A stretch of DNA of 64,000 nucleotides from Candidatus Omnitrophota bacterium (lineage in GTDB: Bacteria; Omnitrophota; Gorgyraeia; Tantalellales; Tantalellaceae), in the NCBI GenBank assembly GCA_014728045.1, contig WJMH01000012.1, positions 63,239 to 127,238 of the forward strand. The letters run 5' to 3'. This document shows positions 18,277 through 27,484 of this stretch, piece by piece; within the stretch, counting starts at the first letter, position 1, and each line of letters opens with the position of its first letter. A program made the position numbers and the translations under genes. The notes beneath the pieces were generated by a model. It saw only the letters and a list, made by a program, of their open reading frames with translations. It did not search any database and had not been told where the DNA came from.

Positions 18277-18662
18277 GGGGGTGACAGGACTCGACGTGTT
18301 CTTTAGGTCTTGGAGCAGCATGCAGAGGTTCCAGGTGGCCTCTTTAAAAACCTGGAAAACAATAAACGCAGACTACAATCCAGTAGCCGAAGCCGAGTCT
18401 ATCTTGGCTGAGGATGCGTTAAATGTTCCCTCTATGATGGGAACTGGTTCATTAGTTGGCGCCTTGGCCATCTAAATAGGACCTAAACTAACAAGGACTG
18501 CTGTAGTGATTTCTCCTAGCTTCAGCCAGTATCAGGAGAATGCTCCCGGAAGGTTCCCCGTCTATCGGGTCTTCCCGGAAAAGATCAATAGGTAGACTAA
18601 GCATGTAGATACTCCTCGGTCAAAGTTCCCGGACCCGGGTTCGAATCCCGGCACCTCCACCA
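18277..18662 (+). ncRNA. ssrA: tmRNA (SsrA), 386 nt; tag (A)ADYNPVAEAESILAEDALNVPSMMGTGSLVGALAI*
   Basis: 5' GGGGGTGACAGGACTCGAC; 3' T-arm CCGGGTTCGAATCCCGG plus CACCTCCACCA; resume context ATAAAC|GCA at 18368; immediately after smpB. Confidence 0.93.
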
Positions 18663-18709
18663 ATTTTTCCAAGCATAAAGCCGATTTCCATCAGGGAGTC
18701 GGCTTTTTT
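18644..18709 (+). repeat. 66-bp direct repeat copy 1 (attL-like; tmRNA 3' end plus terminator)
   Basis: AATCCCGGCACCTCCACCAATTTTTCCAAGCATAAAGCCGATTTCCATCAGGGAGTCGGCTTTTTT, identical at 20207..20272. Confidence 0.95.
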
Positions 18710-18885
18710 ATAAATCATTATAACGATGTATGCATAATTACGCATTTTACGTAATCCTGGGGATGCAGGTTAGGACTTGAGGGGTGAACAAAAATGGAGT
18801 GTATTCCAAATTAGTTGATCTATTTTGGAAATAATCGAGATTAGATATGCTGGATCGCTTTTTATGCGGAAAAAACAAGTAAATC

Positions 18886-18949
18886 TTGCATTTTTATAAG
18901 TTTTAAGTATACTTAAAATATATATAAAAAATAAAGGAGTTTTAAGTAT
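18886..18949 (+). promoter_or_regulatory. Sigma70-like promoter with palindromic operator
   Basis: TTGCAT-N16-TATACT; perfect palindrome TTTTAAGTATACTTAAAA (18901-18918); AGTTTTAAGTAT repeated at 18899 and 18938. Confidence 0.5.
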
Positions 18950-20156
18950 GATTAAAGAATATATTAAAAGAAAACACTATCTTGATAAGGTTTCTTCTTT
19001 TATTGATAAAGATATCATTAAGGTGATCGTCGGACAGCGCCGAGTAGGGAAAAGTTACTTGTTATACCAGATAATGGATATCATCAGGGATAAAGGTGTG
19101 AAAGCCGGAAATATAATTTATATAAATAAAGAACTACATGATTTCGATGATATTAATACTTATAAAGACCTTTTGGAGTACATAGAGGGAAGGATAAAAA
19201 ATAAAAGAAAACATTATGTTTTTCTTGATGAGGTTCAGGAAATAGAAAAATTTGAAAAAGCTTTGGAAAGTATGCAGGCCTCAGGCAAGTATGATATTTA
19301 CTGCACAGGCAGTAACGCGAATCTACTTTCCGGTGAATTGGCTACTCACCTTAGCGGGCGATATGTCGAAATTAAAGTTTATGGTCTTTCATATCCTGAA
19401 TTCCTTAATTTTCATAAATTGAATAATGATCAGGAATCTCTTTTAAAGTACATCAGGTACGGTGGCCTTCCGTTCTTGATCAATCTGGAGTTCAAGGATG
19501 AGATCATCTATGAATACCTTAAGAATATTTACAGTACGATCCTTTTCAAGGACATCGTGAAAAGACATTCGATACGGAATGTAGCATTCTTAGAACGCCT
19601 GGTTGAATATCTGGCCGATAATACGGGTTCTTTGGTTTCGGCGAAAAGCATAAGTGATTTTTTAAAATCCCAGAAGATAAAACTTTCCCCCAATATTGTA
19701 TTGGATTACTTATCCTTCTTATCGTCTGCTTTTTTTGTGTTTAAAGTCCAAAGGTCTGATGTAGCAGGCAAAAAGATATTTGAGATCGGCGAAAAATATT
19801 ATTTCGAAGATCTTGGGTTAAGACATTCTGTAGTCGGATATAAACAGGTAGATATCAATAAAGTCCTGGAAAATCTTGTTTTTCTTCATCTAAAGATCTC
19901 CGGATACAAGATAACTGTGGGAAAGTTAAAAGATAAAGAAATCGATTTTGTATGCACTAGAGGCGGGGAAAAGTTATATGTACAGGTAGCATATCTAATA
20001 GATAGCCAGAAGATCATAGACAGGGAATTCGGAAATCTTTTAAAAATAGAAGATAATTATCCGAAACTTGTAGTTTCAATGGACGAGGTGGGGGGAGATA
20101 AATACAAAGGAATTGAGCAGGTTAATATAAGAAAGTTCTTAGGTAGTTTACTTTAG
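18948..20156 (+). CDS. AAA+ ATPase of AAA_14 + DUF4143 type (COG1373)
   Basis: Walker A 'GQRRVGKS', Walker B 'VFLDEVQ', 'TGSNANLLSGELAT.LSGR', 'KYYFEDLG', C-terminal 'EIDFV...YVQV'. Confidence 0.9.
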   Translation: MIKEYIKRKHYLDKVSSFIDKDIIKVIVGQRRVGKSYLLYQIMDIIRDKGVKAGNIIYINKELHDFDDINTYKDLLEYIEGRIKNKRKHYVFLDEVQEIEKFEKALESMQASGKYDIYCTGSNANLLSGELATHLSGRYVEIKVYGLSYPEFLNFHKLNNDQESLLKYIRYGGLPFLINLEFKDEIIYEYLKNIYSTILFKDIVKRHSIRNVAFLERLVEYLADNTGSLVSAKSISDFLKSQKIKLSPNIVLDYLSFLSSAFFVFKVQRSDVAGKKIFEIGEKYYFEDLGLRHSVVGYKQVDINKVLENLVFLHLKISGYKITVGKLKDKEIDFVCTRGGEKLYVQVAYLIDSQKIIDREFGNLLKIEDNYPKLVVSMDEVGGDKYKGIEQVNIRKFLGSLL

Positions 20157-20206
20157 AAAACAGAAAAAACGTGGTGAAATGCCCCAGTTGAGCACGAAAA
20201 TAGGAA

Positions 20207-20272
20207 AATCCCGGCACCTCCACCAATTTTTCCAAGCATAAAGCCGATTTCCATCAGGGAGTCGGCTTTTTT
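20207..20272 (+). repeat. 66-bp direct repeat copy 2 (attR-like)
   Basis: Identical to 18644..18709. Confidence 0.95.
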
Positions 20273-20369
20273 CTGTATATTATTAGTGCGCGCAAAGATC
20301 CAACAGCCATCGGGCGGATACAAGAAACAAATGGCGTTAGCTCCGTGAAAGATGTTATACTTATATGAC

Positions 20370-21980
20370 ATGAAAAGCGGCAGAAGATTGTTGTTCCAGT
20401 TCCTCGTAATAACGCTTATCTATCTCGTGTTCGCTTTACCTAAGATGGATCAGCCGGTCACTGATGATGAGATCTACGAAATAAATAATGTCCGGCTTAT
20501 CATTGCCGGGGAAAAACCCGTAGAGTTCATTCCTTCGATTTACAACTGGGCGCTTGTTCCTTTTGTGAGGGGCTTCAACGAGCGGGTTCTGTCCGTCAGG
20601 ATGCTGGGATTATTGTGCGCATTTGCCTCTTTGGGACTTCTTCTGGTCCTTGCCAGAGGAGTCTTCGGAGAACATGATCCCAGGGTCATGGCCGCGGGCG
20701 TGTTCCTGGCCACGAGCCCCTTGTTCGTTCAGGGCAGTCTGCTCGTCCATGTTGACAGCACGTTGCTCGTAACGGCGGTTTTGTTATGGATGGTATGCCT
20801 GACGGAATTTCTGGAGGGGGGCACATTTATCCGGCGGCTCCTTCTTCTCGCGTCACTGACATTCACGCTTTTGTGCAAGTTCAGCACGCCACTATTGATA
20901 CTTCCGTTCACCCTGGGCTTTGTGTTTCTGAAAAGAAGAAAACTATTTTTCAATTATTTCCTGATCTGCGTGTTGTCGGTGTTCTCATTCTGTGCTTTAT
21001 GGTGGCTTCTCTGCCAGTTGAACACGCTTTCCTTCGGCGCTCCCTTCATCGGACTTCTTGAAAGGGGCAGGATGTATTTATCCGCGGCGGGACTTAAAAC
21101 CATACTTAATAACATGGTGATATTCTGCGCGTGGGCCTCGCCGTATCTGGTGATCGGTTCGTTTTTAATGGTTCTCTCGCTCATTAGGGATCACCCCCTC
21201 ATCAGAGACAAGCTTCTTCTTGTCGGTATTACGGCTTGTTCTATTCTGCTATATCTTGCAGTAAGCCCTATAAACCATGGATTCCCCAAATATATCCTTC
21301 CGGGGATACCTCTTATAGGCTTATTCCTCTCCGGGAATTATCTGAGAGGTATCGGCCGGGAGCGATCCAAATACCTCGCTTTGCTTCTGGGGTGCGCGGC
21401 GTATTTGATAATGATGCAGTACGATCCCGTATATCTCATAAGATTCAAATTAAGGGACATTCTGGCTTATGGAGGCGGAACGGGCATATTATACGGGCAG
21501 CTCTTTTGGCAGTCTTTGGTGTATTTGCTGCCGCTGCTTTTGTTTTTCTTTTTACGTAGGCGCATTAGGGTTCCTTTGGGCGCGGCTCTGGTCATTTTAA
21601 TAATATCCTTTAATGTTTCACTCGCGTCAAAACAGGCCCTGGCCCGGTATCAGACCAATTACAGCTATGGACAGGAGGGAGCAGAAGAACTTGAGGCTTT
21701 TCTTGATAAGAATGTGCGTGAAAGAGACAAGATAATTGCAACAAAAGAGGTGCTTTATCTCTTGGGTCGGACAGATAGTTTTTATTCGGTCAGCTTCTGG
21801 AGAAACCCTGAAGACTTTTTAGATGCCCTCAAAAGATCCCGATTCCTGGTCGTAAGCACACCTTCCCACAGCATGTATTTTTTCAGAAATGTCCTGAATG
21901 CTCCCGAAGTGCGGGATTACCTGGATAAGAACTATCGCGTTAAACGGATGGGCACTTTCATTATATACCAGAGAAGATAA
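20370..21980 (+). CDS. GT-C fold (ArnT/PMT-like) integral membrane glycosyltransferase
   Basis: 'DDE' acidic motif after TM1, 'SVRMLG', 'LLCKFS', 'FPKYILP'; more than 10 TM helices. Confidence 0.65.
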   Translation: MKSGRRLLFQFLVITLIYLVFALPKMDQPVTDDEIYEINNVRLIIAGEKPVEFIPSIYNWALVPFVRGFNERVLSVRMLGLLCAFASLGLLLVLARGVFGEHDPRVMAAGVFLATSPLFVQGSLLVHVDSTLLVTAVLLWMVCLTEFLEGGTFIRRLLLLASLTFTLLCKFSTPLLILPFTLGFVFLKRRKLFFNYFLICVLSVFSFCALWWLLCQLNTLSFGAPFIGLLERGRMYLSAAGLKTILNNMVIFCAWASPYLVIGSFLMVLSLIRDHPLIRDKLLLVGITACSILLYLAVSPINHGFPKYILPGIPLIGLFLSGNYLRGIGRERSKYLALLLGCAAYLIMMQYDPVYLIRFKLRDILAYGGGTGILYGQLFWQSLVYLLPLLLFFFLRRRIRVPLGAALVILIISFNVSLASKQALARYQTNYSYGQEGAEELEAFLDKNVRERDKIIATKEVLYLLGRTDSFYSVSFWRNPEDFLDALKRSRFLVVSTPSHSMYFFRNVLNAPEVRDYLDKNYRVKRMGTFIIYQRR

Positions 21981-22292
21981 ATAAGCAGCATTCAGATACT
22001 GACCGGCAAACAGGATTTTTGCTTTCATATTTATACATACCCCGGGTTATTTTGACTATTGATATAAAAGTGGAAAAAAGTCAGTGAAAAGGGGAATTAA
22101 GCACTTTGTTATCAATATTCACTTCAAATATACTGGTTATATAATAATACGACAATATACGAACATGTGCCTCCGGCAACTACTTGCGTAGGGGAGTGAT
22201 TTTTGAGGGGCCATGGGAAGAGGAGATAATATGCTTGATCTGAACAAGAAGATCATGAAGCCCGAAAAGTGCCTGAGGTGTTCAAAGTGAAC

Positions 22293-24320
22293 ATGAGAAT
22301 GAGCATAAGGAAAAAACTGGCGATCTTGATCCTGACAGCGATTCTCTTGACCACGGGAACGGGTATCGGTTTAGGTTATTTCTTCGGTTTCAGGCTTTTG
22401 CGGAATACCATAGCCATGGATTACGTTAAGATGTCCGATCTTCTCAGCGAACATATGAGCCTTAAGATCAACGACCTGGTAAAGGAAATGACCGTATATT
22501 TATCAGCGCCCCAGATGATCCGTCAGATAAAGGAAACGAACAGGCAATACACGGACGGGGATTCAACTGACAAGATGTTCGCATATATGGACAAGCAGTG
22601 GCAGTTAGTTCCGGAAGATGACACATTTTTCCAGCGTTACATAAGTAGCGAAACAGGGACGGAACTTAAAGTCATAACGCAGAAGGATCCCGAACTGGAG
22701 GAAGTGCTGCTAACCGACAGAAAAGGCGGACTGGTCGCATCTTCGGGCATAACGAGCGATTTTTATCAGGGTGATGAAACTTGGTGGCAGAAAGCTTTTT
22801 CCGGCGGAGAGGGCAAGGTTTTCATAGAGGGCATTACCTACGATGAGTCGGTCGGCAAACTGGCGCTTTCGATAGCGATCCCGCTGAAAGAGGGGAAAGA
22901 ACTCCTAGGTGTCGCCAAGGTGGTGGTAAATTCGAAAAGATTCCTTGAACCCCTGGAAAGATTCCACATAGGGAAGACGGGTCACGCGGTTCTGACGGAT
23001 GATGAGGGTGTTATCATATACCACATTGGCATGGAGCCTTTTGAGAACAGGATTTTGGATGAGAAAGCATTCCGAAAGTTTGTTTCCACTCCCCAGAAGT
23101 GGGCGGTGATACGCTCACCGCATATCCACGAAAGAGATATGCTCTTGGCTTTTTCCAGGATCGATAACAGCTATCTGGAGCAAAGCGGCCTGGGGCTGAT
23201 AATACTGATCGACAAGGAAACGCGTGAAGCCTATATGCCATTGCGCAAACTTATTCTGCAGATGTTCCTTGTCACGGGTATGTTGATCCTTTTTTGGATA
23301 CCTCTCGGACTTCTTTTCGGGAACTTCCTCGTCAAACCCTTAAGAAAACTCCATGAAGCTACCGAACATGTTCAAAGAGGGGAAATGGACTACCCGATAC
23401 ACGTAAGAACCGGTGATGAGATAGAACAGCTTGCCAGTTCCTTCAAGTACATGGTATCAAGGATAAGGGCCAGGGAAAGTGAACTTAAGGATGTTAACGA
23501 GTCCCTGGAGCAAAAAATAGAGGACAGGACGCATGAACTCAAAAGATCCCAGCAGAAATTGCAACAGAAGAACAAGGAGCTTGAGGAGAAGGTGAAAGAG
23601 CTGGAGCAGACCCAGAAGATGCTGGTCCAGACCGAGAAACTTTCTTCTCTGGGAAAGCTCATCGGCGAAATGGCCCATGAGGTCAATAACCCCCTGCAGG
23701 CGATATACGGCAGGGCCCAGCTTTCTCTCATGGAGGAGATAGAGAGTGATCAGCTCAAAAAAAACTTCAAGATCATAGAAGAGCAGTGTTCCCGGGCCAA
23801 GGATATCATTAGGCGCCTTTTGGATTTTTCCAAGCCTTCAAAAGGAGAAACGACCCAGATAAATATAACTGATGTCATGGAAGATACGCTGAAACTGATA
23901 GAGCACCAGTATTCGCTTGAGAACGTGAACATTAAAAAAAACTATTCATCAGAAGACCTGCAGGTGGAGGTGGACAAGAACCAGATAGAGGAGGTATTCT
24001 TCAACATAGTGAAGAATTCCTCCGAAGCGATGGATAGGGGAGGGGACATAGCGGTAACCACCACTAAAGAAGGCGATATGGCGCGTGTCGAAATACGGGA
24101 TACCGGGCCGGGCATGTCCGATGATGAGCTCGAAAAGATATTTGACCCCTTTTATACTACCAAGGAGAAGGGGACCGGTCTGGGGCTTTCCATCTGTTTC
24201 GGTATAGTGAAGGATCACGGTGGTAACCTTAAATATGAGAGTGAACCCGGCAAGGGAACAACGGCCACAGTCTTTTTGCCGCTGAAAGGGAAAAGTCATG
24301 AAGAGAATACTTCTGGTTGA
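22293..24320 (+). CDS. Sensor histidine kinase (dCache-HAMP-HisKA-HATPase)
   Basis: 2 TM helices, a Cache-like periplasmic region, HAMP 'DEIEQLA', H-box 'MAHEVNNPL', 'DTGPGM', 'FDPFYTTK', 'GTGLGL'. Confidence 0.93.
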   Translation: MRMSIRKKLAILILTAILLTTGTGIGLGYFFGFRLLRNTIAMDYVKMSDLLSEHMSLKINDLVKEMTVYLSAPQMIRQIKETNRQYTDGDSTDKMFAYMDKQWQLVPEDDTFFQRYISSETGTELKVITQKDPELEEVLLTDRKGGLVASSGITSDFYQGDETWWQKAFSGGEGKVFIEGITYDESVGKLALSIAIPLKEGKELLGVAKVVVNSKRFLEPLERFHIGKTGHAVLTDDEGVIIYHIGMEPFENRILDEKAFRKFVSTPQKWAVIRSPHIHERDMLLAFSRIDNSYLEQSGLGLIILIDKETREAYMPLRKLILQMFLVTGMLILFWIPLGLLFGNFLVKPLRKLHEATEHVQRGEMDYPIHVRTGDEIEQLASSFKYMVSRIRARESELKDVNESLEQKIEDRTHELKRSQQKLQQKNKELEEKVKELEQTQKMLVQTEKLSSLGKLIGEMAHEVNNPLQAIYGRAQLSLMEEIESDQLKKNFKIIEEQCSRAKDIIRRLLDFSKPSKGETTQINITDVMEDTLKLIEHQYSLENVNIKKNYSSEDLQVEVDKNQIEEVFFNIVKNSSEAMDRGGDIAVTTTKEGDMARVEIRDTGPGMSDDELEKIFDPFYTTKEKGTGLGLSICFGIVKDHGGNLKYESEPGKGTTATVFLPLKGKSHEENTSG

Positions 24321-24666
24321 TGATGAGAAACAGATCCTGGAGACCATGCGCAGATTCCTGGAGAAGAAGGGTTTCGAGACAGTGACCGCTTCCAGCGGGA
24401 AGGAGGCGCTGGAGGTAGTGGATTCCGGAGAGAAGCCCGATGTGGGGGTCTTTGACATAAAGATGCCGGGGATGAACGGTTTTGAATGCCTGAAGAAGAT
24501 CAGGGAAAAGGGTATTGATTTTCCTGTGATATTCCTGACGGGCTCGCTTAACAAGATGGCGCATATGGATGAGCTTAGAGCTGTCGGGTGTACTACCGAA
24601 GACATGGTGCACAAGCCCATAGACATGAACGTAATCATGGAAGAGATAAACAAAAAAACTGGTTAA
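24298..24666 (+). CDS. Single-domain response regulator receiver
   Basis: 'ILLVDDE', 'FDIKMPGMNG', 'FLTG', 'KP'. Confidence 0.9.
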   Translation: MKRILLVDDEKQILETMRRFLEKKGFETVTASSGKEALEVVDSGEKPDVGVFDIKMPGMNGFECLKKIREKGIDFPVIFLTGSLNKMAHMDELRAVGCTTEDMVHKPIDMNVIMEEINKKTG

Positions 24667-24683
24667 AAAGGGAGATGGAAAAG

Positions 24684-25052
24684 ATGAAGGCGAAGATACT
24701 TGTTGTCGATGACGAAAAAACCATCCGGGATATACTGGAAACCTTTCTTGAGAAAAAAGGGTATGAAGTGGCCACCGCCGCAACAGCGGAGGAATGCCTG
24801 GAGAAGCTCAAGAACGAGAAGCCTAAGATAATACTTCTGGACATAAGGCTGCCGGGCATGAGCGGGGTAGAGGCCATAAAGAAGATACGCCGGATCGACG
24901 AAAATGTCGGGGTGATCATGGCAACGGCCGTGCTTGACGAGGAAGTCGCGAAAAAGACCATCGAAATGGGCGCAGCCGACTATATCGTGAAGCCCTTTGA
25001 TCTTGATTACCTGGAAAAGACGCTCACTGTTAAACTGGCCAGCATGGTCTAG
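24684..25052 (+). CDS. Single-domain response regulator receiver
   Basis: 'ILVVDDE', 'LDIRLPGMSG', 'MATA', 'DYIVKPFD'; start chosen by SD spacing. Confidence 0.9.
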   Translation: MKAKILVVDDEKTIRDILETFLEKKGYEVATAATAEECLEKLKNEKPKIILLDIRLPGMSGVEAIKKIRRIDENVGVIMATAVLDEEVAKKTIEMGAADYIVKPFDLDYLEKTLTVKLASMV

Positions 25053-25208
25053 AGGCCACTCGAGGACGAGGCGAATCGCGTTTTTCGGATAAAAGTGATC
25101 AGAATGGACTTACCGGACGGACTTTATATAAATAGCATGGAAATCCGGGATCTCTTGGGGTGAGGAGAAGTTGTATTTGTTTTTTTGTGATGAACTTGAG
25201 GAGTTAAA

Positions 25209-27350
25209 ATGAGTGAAAAAGTAAAAGATCCTGTATGCGGCATGGAAATAGAGAAAAAAGAGGCTGTGAAGGCGGAAAAAGATGAGAAGACATATTACTT
25301 CTGCAGCGAGGACTGTAAGAAAGCTTTTTTGTCCGAAGGGGAAGAAGGCGGATCTGGTAAAGGGCACCAGCATCATGGAGAAGGTGACCACGCTTCGCAC
25401 CACGCCCATATGGTGAAGGACTTCCGGAAAAGATTCTGGATCTCGCTGGGAGCGAGTGTGCCCGTACTGGTCTTATCGCCCCTGATCCAGTCGTTCCTGG
25501 GATACAGCTTGGAATTCACGGGTGATTCTTTAGTCCTTCTCGGCATTTCGACGTTCATTTATTTTTACGGCGGCTGGCCTTTTTTGAAGGGGCTTTTTGA
25601 CGAATTCAGGAAAAGACAGCCGGGTATGATGACCCTGATAGCTCTTGCCGTTTCGGTCGCTTACTTTTACAGCGCATCGGTGGTTCTGGGCGTGAGGGGC
25701 AAGGTCTTTTTCTGGGAGCTGGTGACCCTGATCGATGTAATGCTCCTGGGCCACTGGATAGAGATGCGGTCGGTAATGGGCGCTTCAAAAGCCCTTGAGG
25801 AATTGGCCAAGCTTATGCCCCAGGAAGCCCATCGCCTGGAAGAGGGAGATTCAACGGAGGACGTTAAGATAGCGGAACTTGAAAAGGGTGACAAAGTGCT
25901 TGTCAAGCCCGGGGAAAAGGTGCCGGTTGACGGAAAGGTCCTGGAGGGCTCTTCCGACGTCAATGAAGCTATGCTTACCGGCGAATCTAAACCCGTTGAC
26001 AAAAAGAAGGGGGATAAGGTGATGGGAGGGTCCGTCAACGGAAGCGGTTCCCTCACTGTCAAGGTGGAGAAGACCGGCGAGGACTCCTATCTTTCTCAGG
26101 TCGTTGATATGGTTAAAAAGGCCAGCGAAAGTAAATCCAGGGCTCAGGGTTTCGCCGACAAGGCCGCTTTCTGGCTTACCGTGATAGCCATAACCGCCGG
26201 GGTGTTAACACTGGCCGGCTGGCTTATCTACGGCAAGGAATTCGTTTTTGCTCTTGAACGCATGGTGACGGTGATGGTCATTACCTGTCCCCACGCTCTG
26301 GGGCTTGCCATACCGCTGGTGATAGCGGTCATAACCGGGATCTCCGCGAGTAACGGTCTTCTTATCAGGAACAGGACGCAGTTCGAATCGGCAAAAGACC
26401 TCCAGATGATAGTTTTTGACAAGACCGGAACGCTTACAAAGGGCCAGTTCGGTGTCTCCGATATTGTTTCCGTCGGCGAGTGGGACGAGAATGATCTCTT
26501 GGCCAGGGCGGGCGCAATTGAAGTGAACTCCGAGCATACGATAGCCCGGGGTATAGTGAATAAGACCAAAGAGAAGGAGCTTTCGCTGGAAAAGGCTGAA
26601 AAGTTCAAGGCCCTTCCGGGCAAAGGGGCCAAAGCCCTCGTCTCCGGAGAGGAGATCTATGTGGGTAACAGGGGTGTCCTCAAAGAAGCCGGAGCAGATC
26701 CGGGAAAGGCCGATAAAGAAGCTGAGCGGCTGGCCTCGGAGGGTAAGACAGTGGTATTGGTCGCCTCCGGCGGAAATGTGCAGGGAGTGATAGCGCTTTC
26801 TGACGAAATAAGGGAAGGCTCCAGGGACGCGGTAAAGGCCCTGAAAGAACGCGGGCTGGAAGTGGCGATGATCACCGGGGACAATGAACAGACCGCAAGT
26901 TACGTTGCCGGCGAACTGGGTCTGGATGATTATTTTGCAGAGGTCCTGCCGGATAAAAAATCCGAGAAGATAAAAGAGCTGCAAGATCGGGGCAAGATGG
27001 TAGCAATGGTCGGTGACGGCGTTAATGACGCTCCCGCGCTGGCTCAGGCCGATGTAGGTATAGCAATAGGCGCGGGTACGGATGTCGCGGTGGAGTCGGC
27101 CGATATCGTGCTAGTTGAGAGCGATCCGGGAAGTGTTCTTGATATCCTTTCGCTGTCGCGCATTGCACGGAGAAAAACAGTGCAGAACCTGGCGTGGGCT
27201 ACCGGTTATAATATTTTCGCTATTCCGCTCGCCGCCGGAGTTCTTTACGGGTACGGCATAATACTGCCGCCGGCTGTCGGCGCGCTTATCATGTCTATGA
27301 GCACGGTGATAGTCGCGGTCAACGCCAAACTCGTTTCATTCAATAAATGA
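25209..27350 (+). CDS. copB: Copper-translocating P1B ATPase (CopB type) with N-terminal YHS and His-rich domains
   Basis: 'DPVCGM...YYFCS..C', His-rich linker, TGES, CPH motif, DKTGT, GDGVND, YN and MSxST. Confidence 0.88.
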   Translation: MSEKVKDPVCGMEIEKKEAVKAEKDEKTYYFCSEDCKKAFLSEGEEGGSGKGHQHHGEGDHASHHAHMVKDFRKRFWISLGASVPVLVLSPLIQSFLGYSLEFTGDSLVLLGISTFIYFYGGWPFLKGLFDEFRKRQPGMMTLIALAVSVAYFYSASVVLGVRGKVFFWELVTLIDVMLLGHWIEMRSVMGASKALEELAKLMPQEAHRLEEGDSTEDVKIAELEKGDKVLVKPGEKVPVDGKVLEGSSDVNEAMLTGESKPVDKKKGDKVMGGSVNGSGSLTVKVEKTGEDSYLSQVVDMVKKASESKSRAQGFADKAAFWLTVIAITAGVLTLAGWLIYGKEFVFALERMVTVMVITCPHALGLAIPLVIAVITGISASNGLLIRNRTQFESAKDLQMIVFDKTGTLTKGQFGVSDIVSVGEWDENDLLARAGAIEVNSEHTIARGIVNKTKEKELSLEKAEKFKALPGKGAKALVSGEEIYVGNRGVLKEAGADPGKADKEAERLASEGKTVVLVASGGNVQGVIALSDEIREGSRDAVKALKERGLEVAMITGDNEQTASYVAGELGLDDYFAEVLPDKKSEKIKELQDRGKMVAMVGDGVNDAPALAQADVGIAIGAGTDVAVESADIVLVESDPGSVLDILSLSRIARRKTVQNLAWATGYNIFAIPLAAGVLYGYGIILPPAVGALIMSMSTVIVAVNAKLVSFNK

Positions 27351-27484
27351 TATCTGGCCGTACGCGTCACTCGCGAGGTCTGTTCTTACTACATTAAATA
27401 TTTAACTATTTGTTCGGCAGATGATAGAATAAAGCCGCTGTCCGGACCCGAAGGGTCACGTAGTGTTCAAAGGGGTGTTACTGA

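Larger units (their letters stand above)
18644..20272. mobile_element. tmRNA-integrated AT-rich genomic islet with no integrase
   Basis: Flanked by the perfect 66-bp repeats starting in the tmRNA T-loop; interior visibly AT-richer than the flanks; single cargo gene. Confidence 0.75.

Noticed and set aside
18275-18475. 66-aa ORF from ATG 18275
   Set aside because: It is the tmRNA 5' domain read in frame into the tag. It has no SD and the ATG straddles the mature 5' end, so it is not an independent gene.
27351-27484. Possible riboswitches in intergenic regions, also 4914-5110, 30627-30824 and 33053-33242
   Set aside because: Only short hairpins; I could not recognise any TPP, SAM, c-di-GMP, fluoride or cobalamin consensus by eye. 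An Rfam scan would be decisive.
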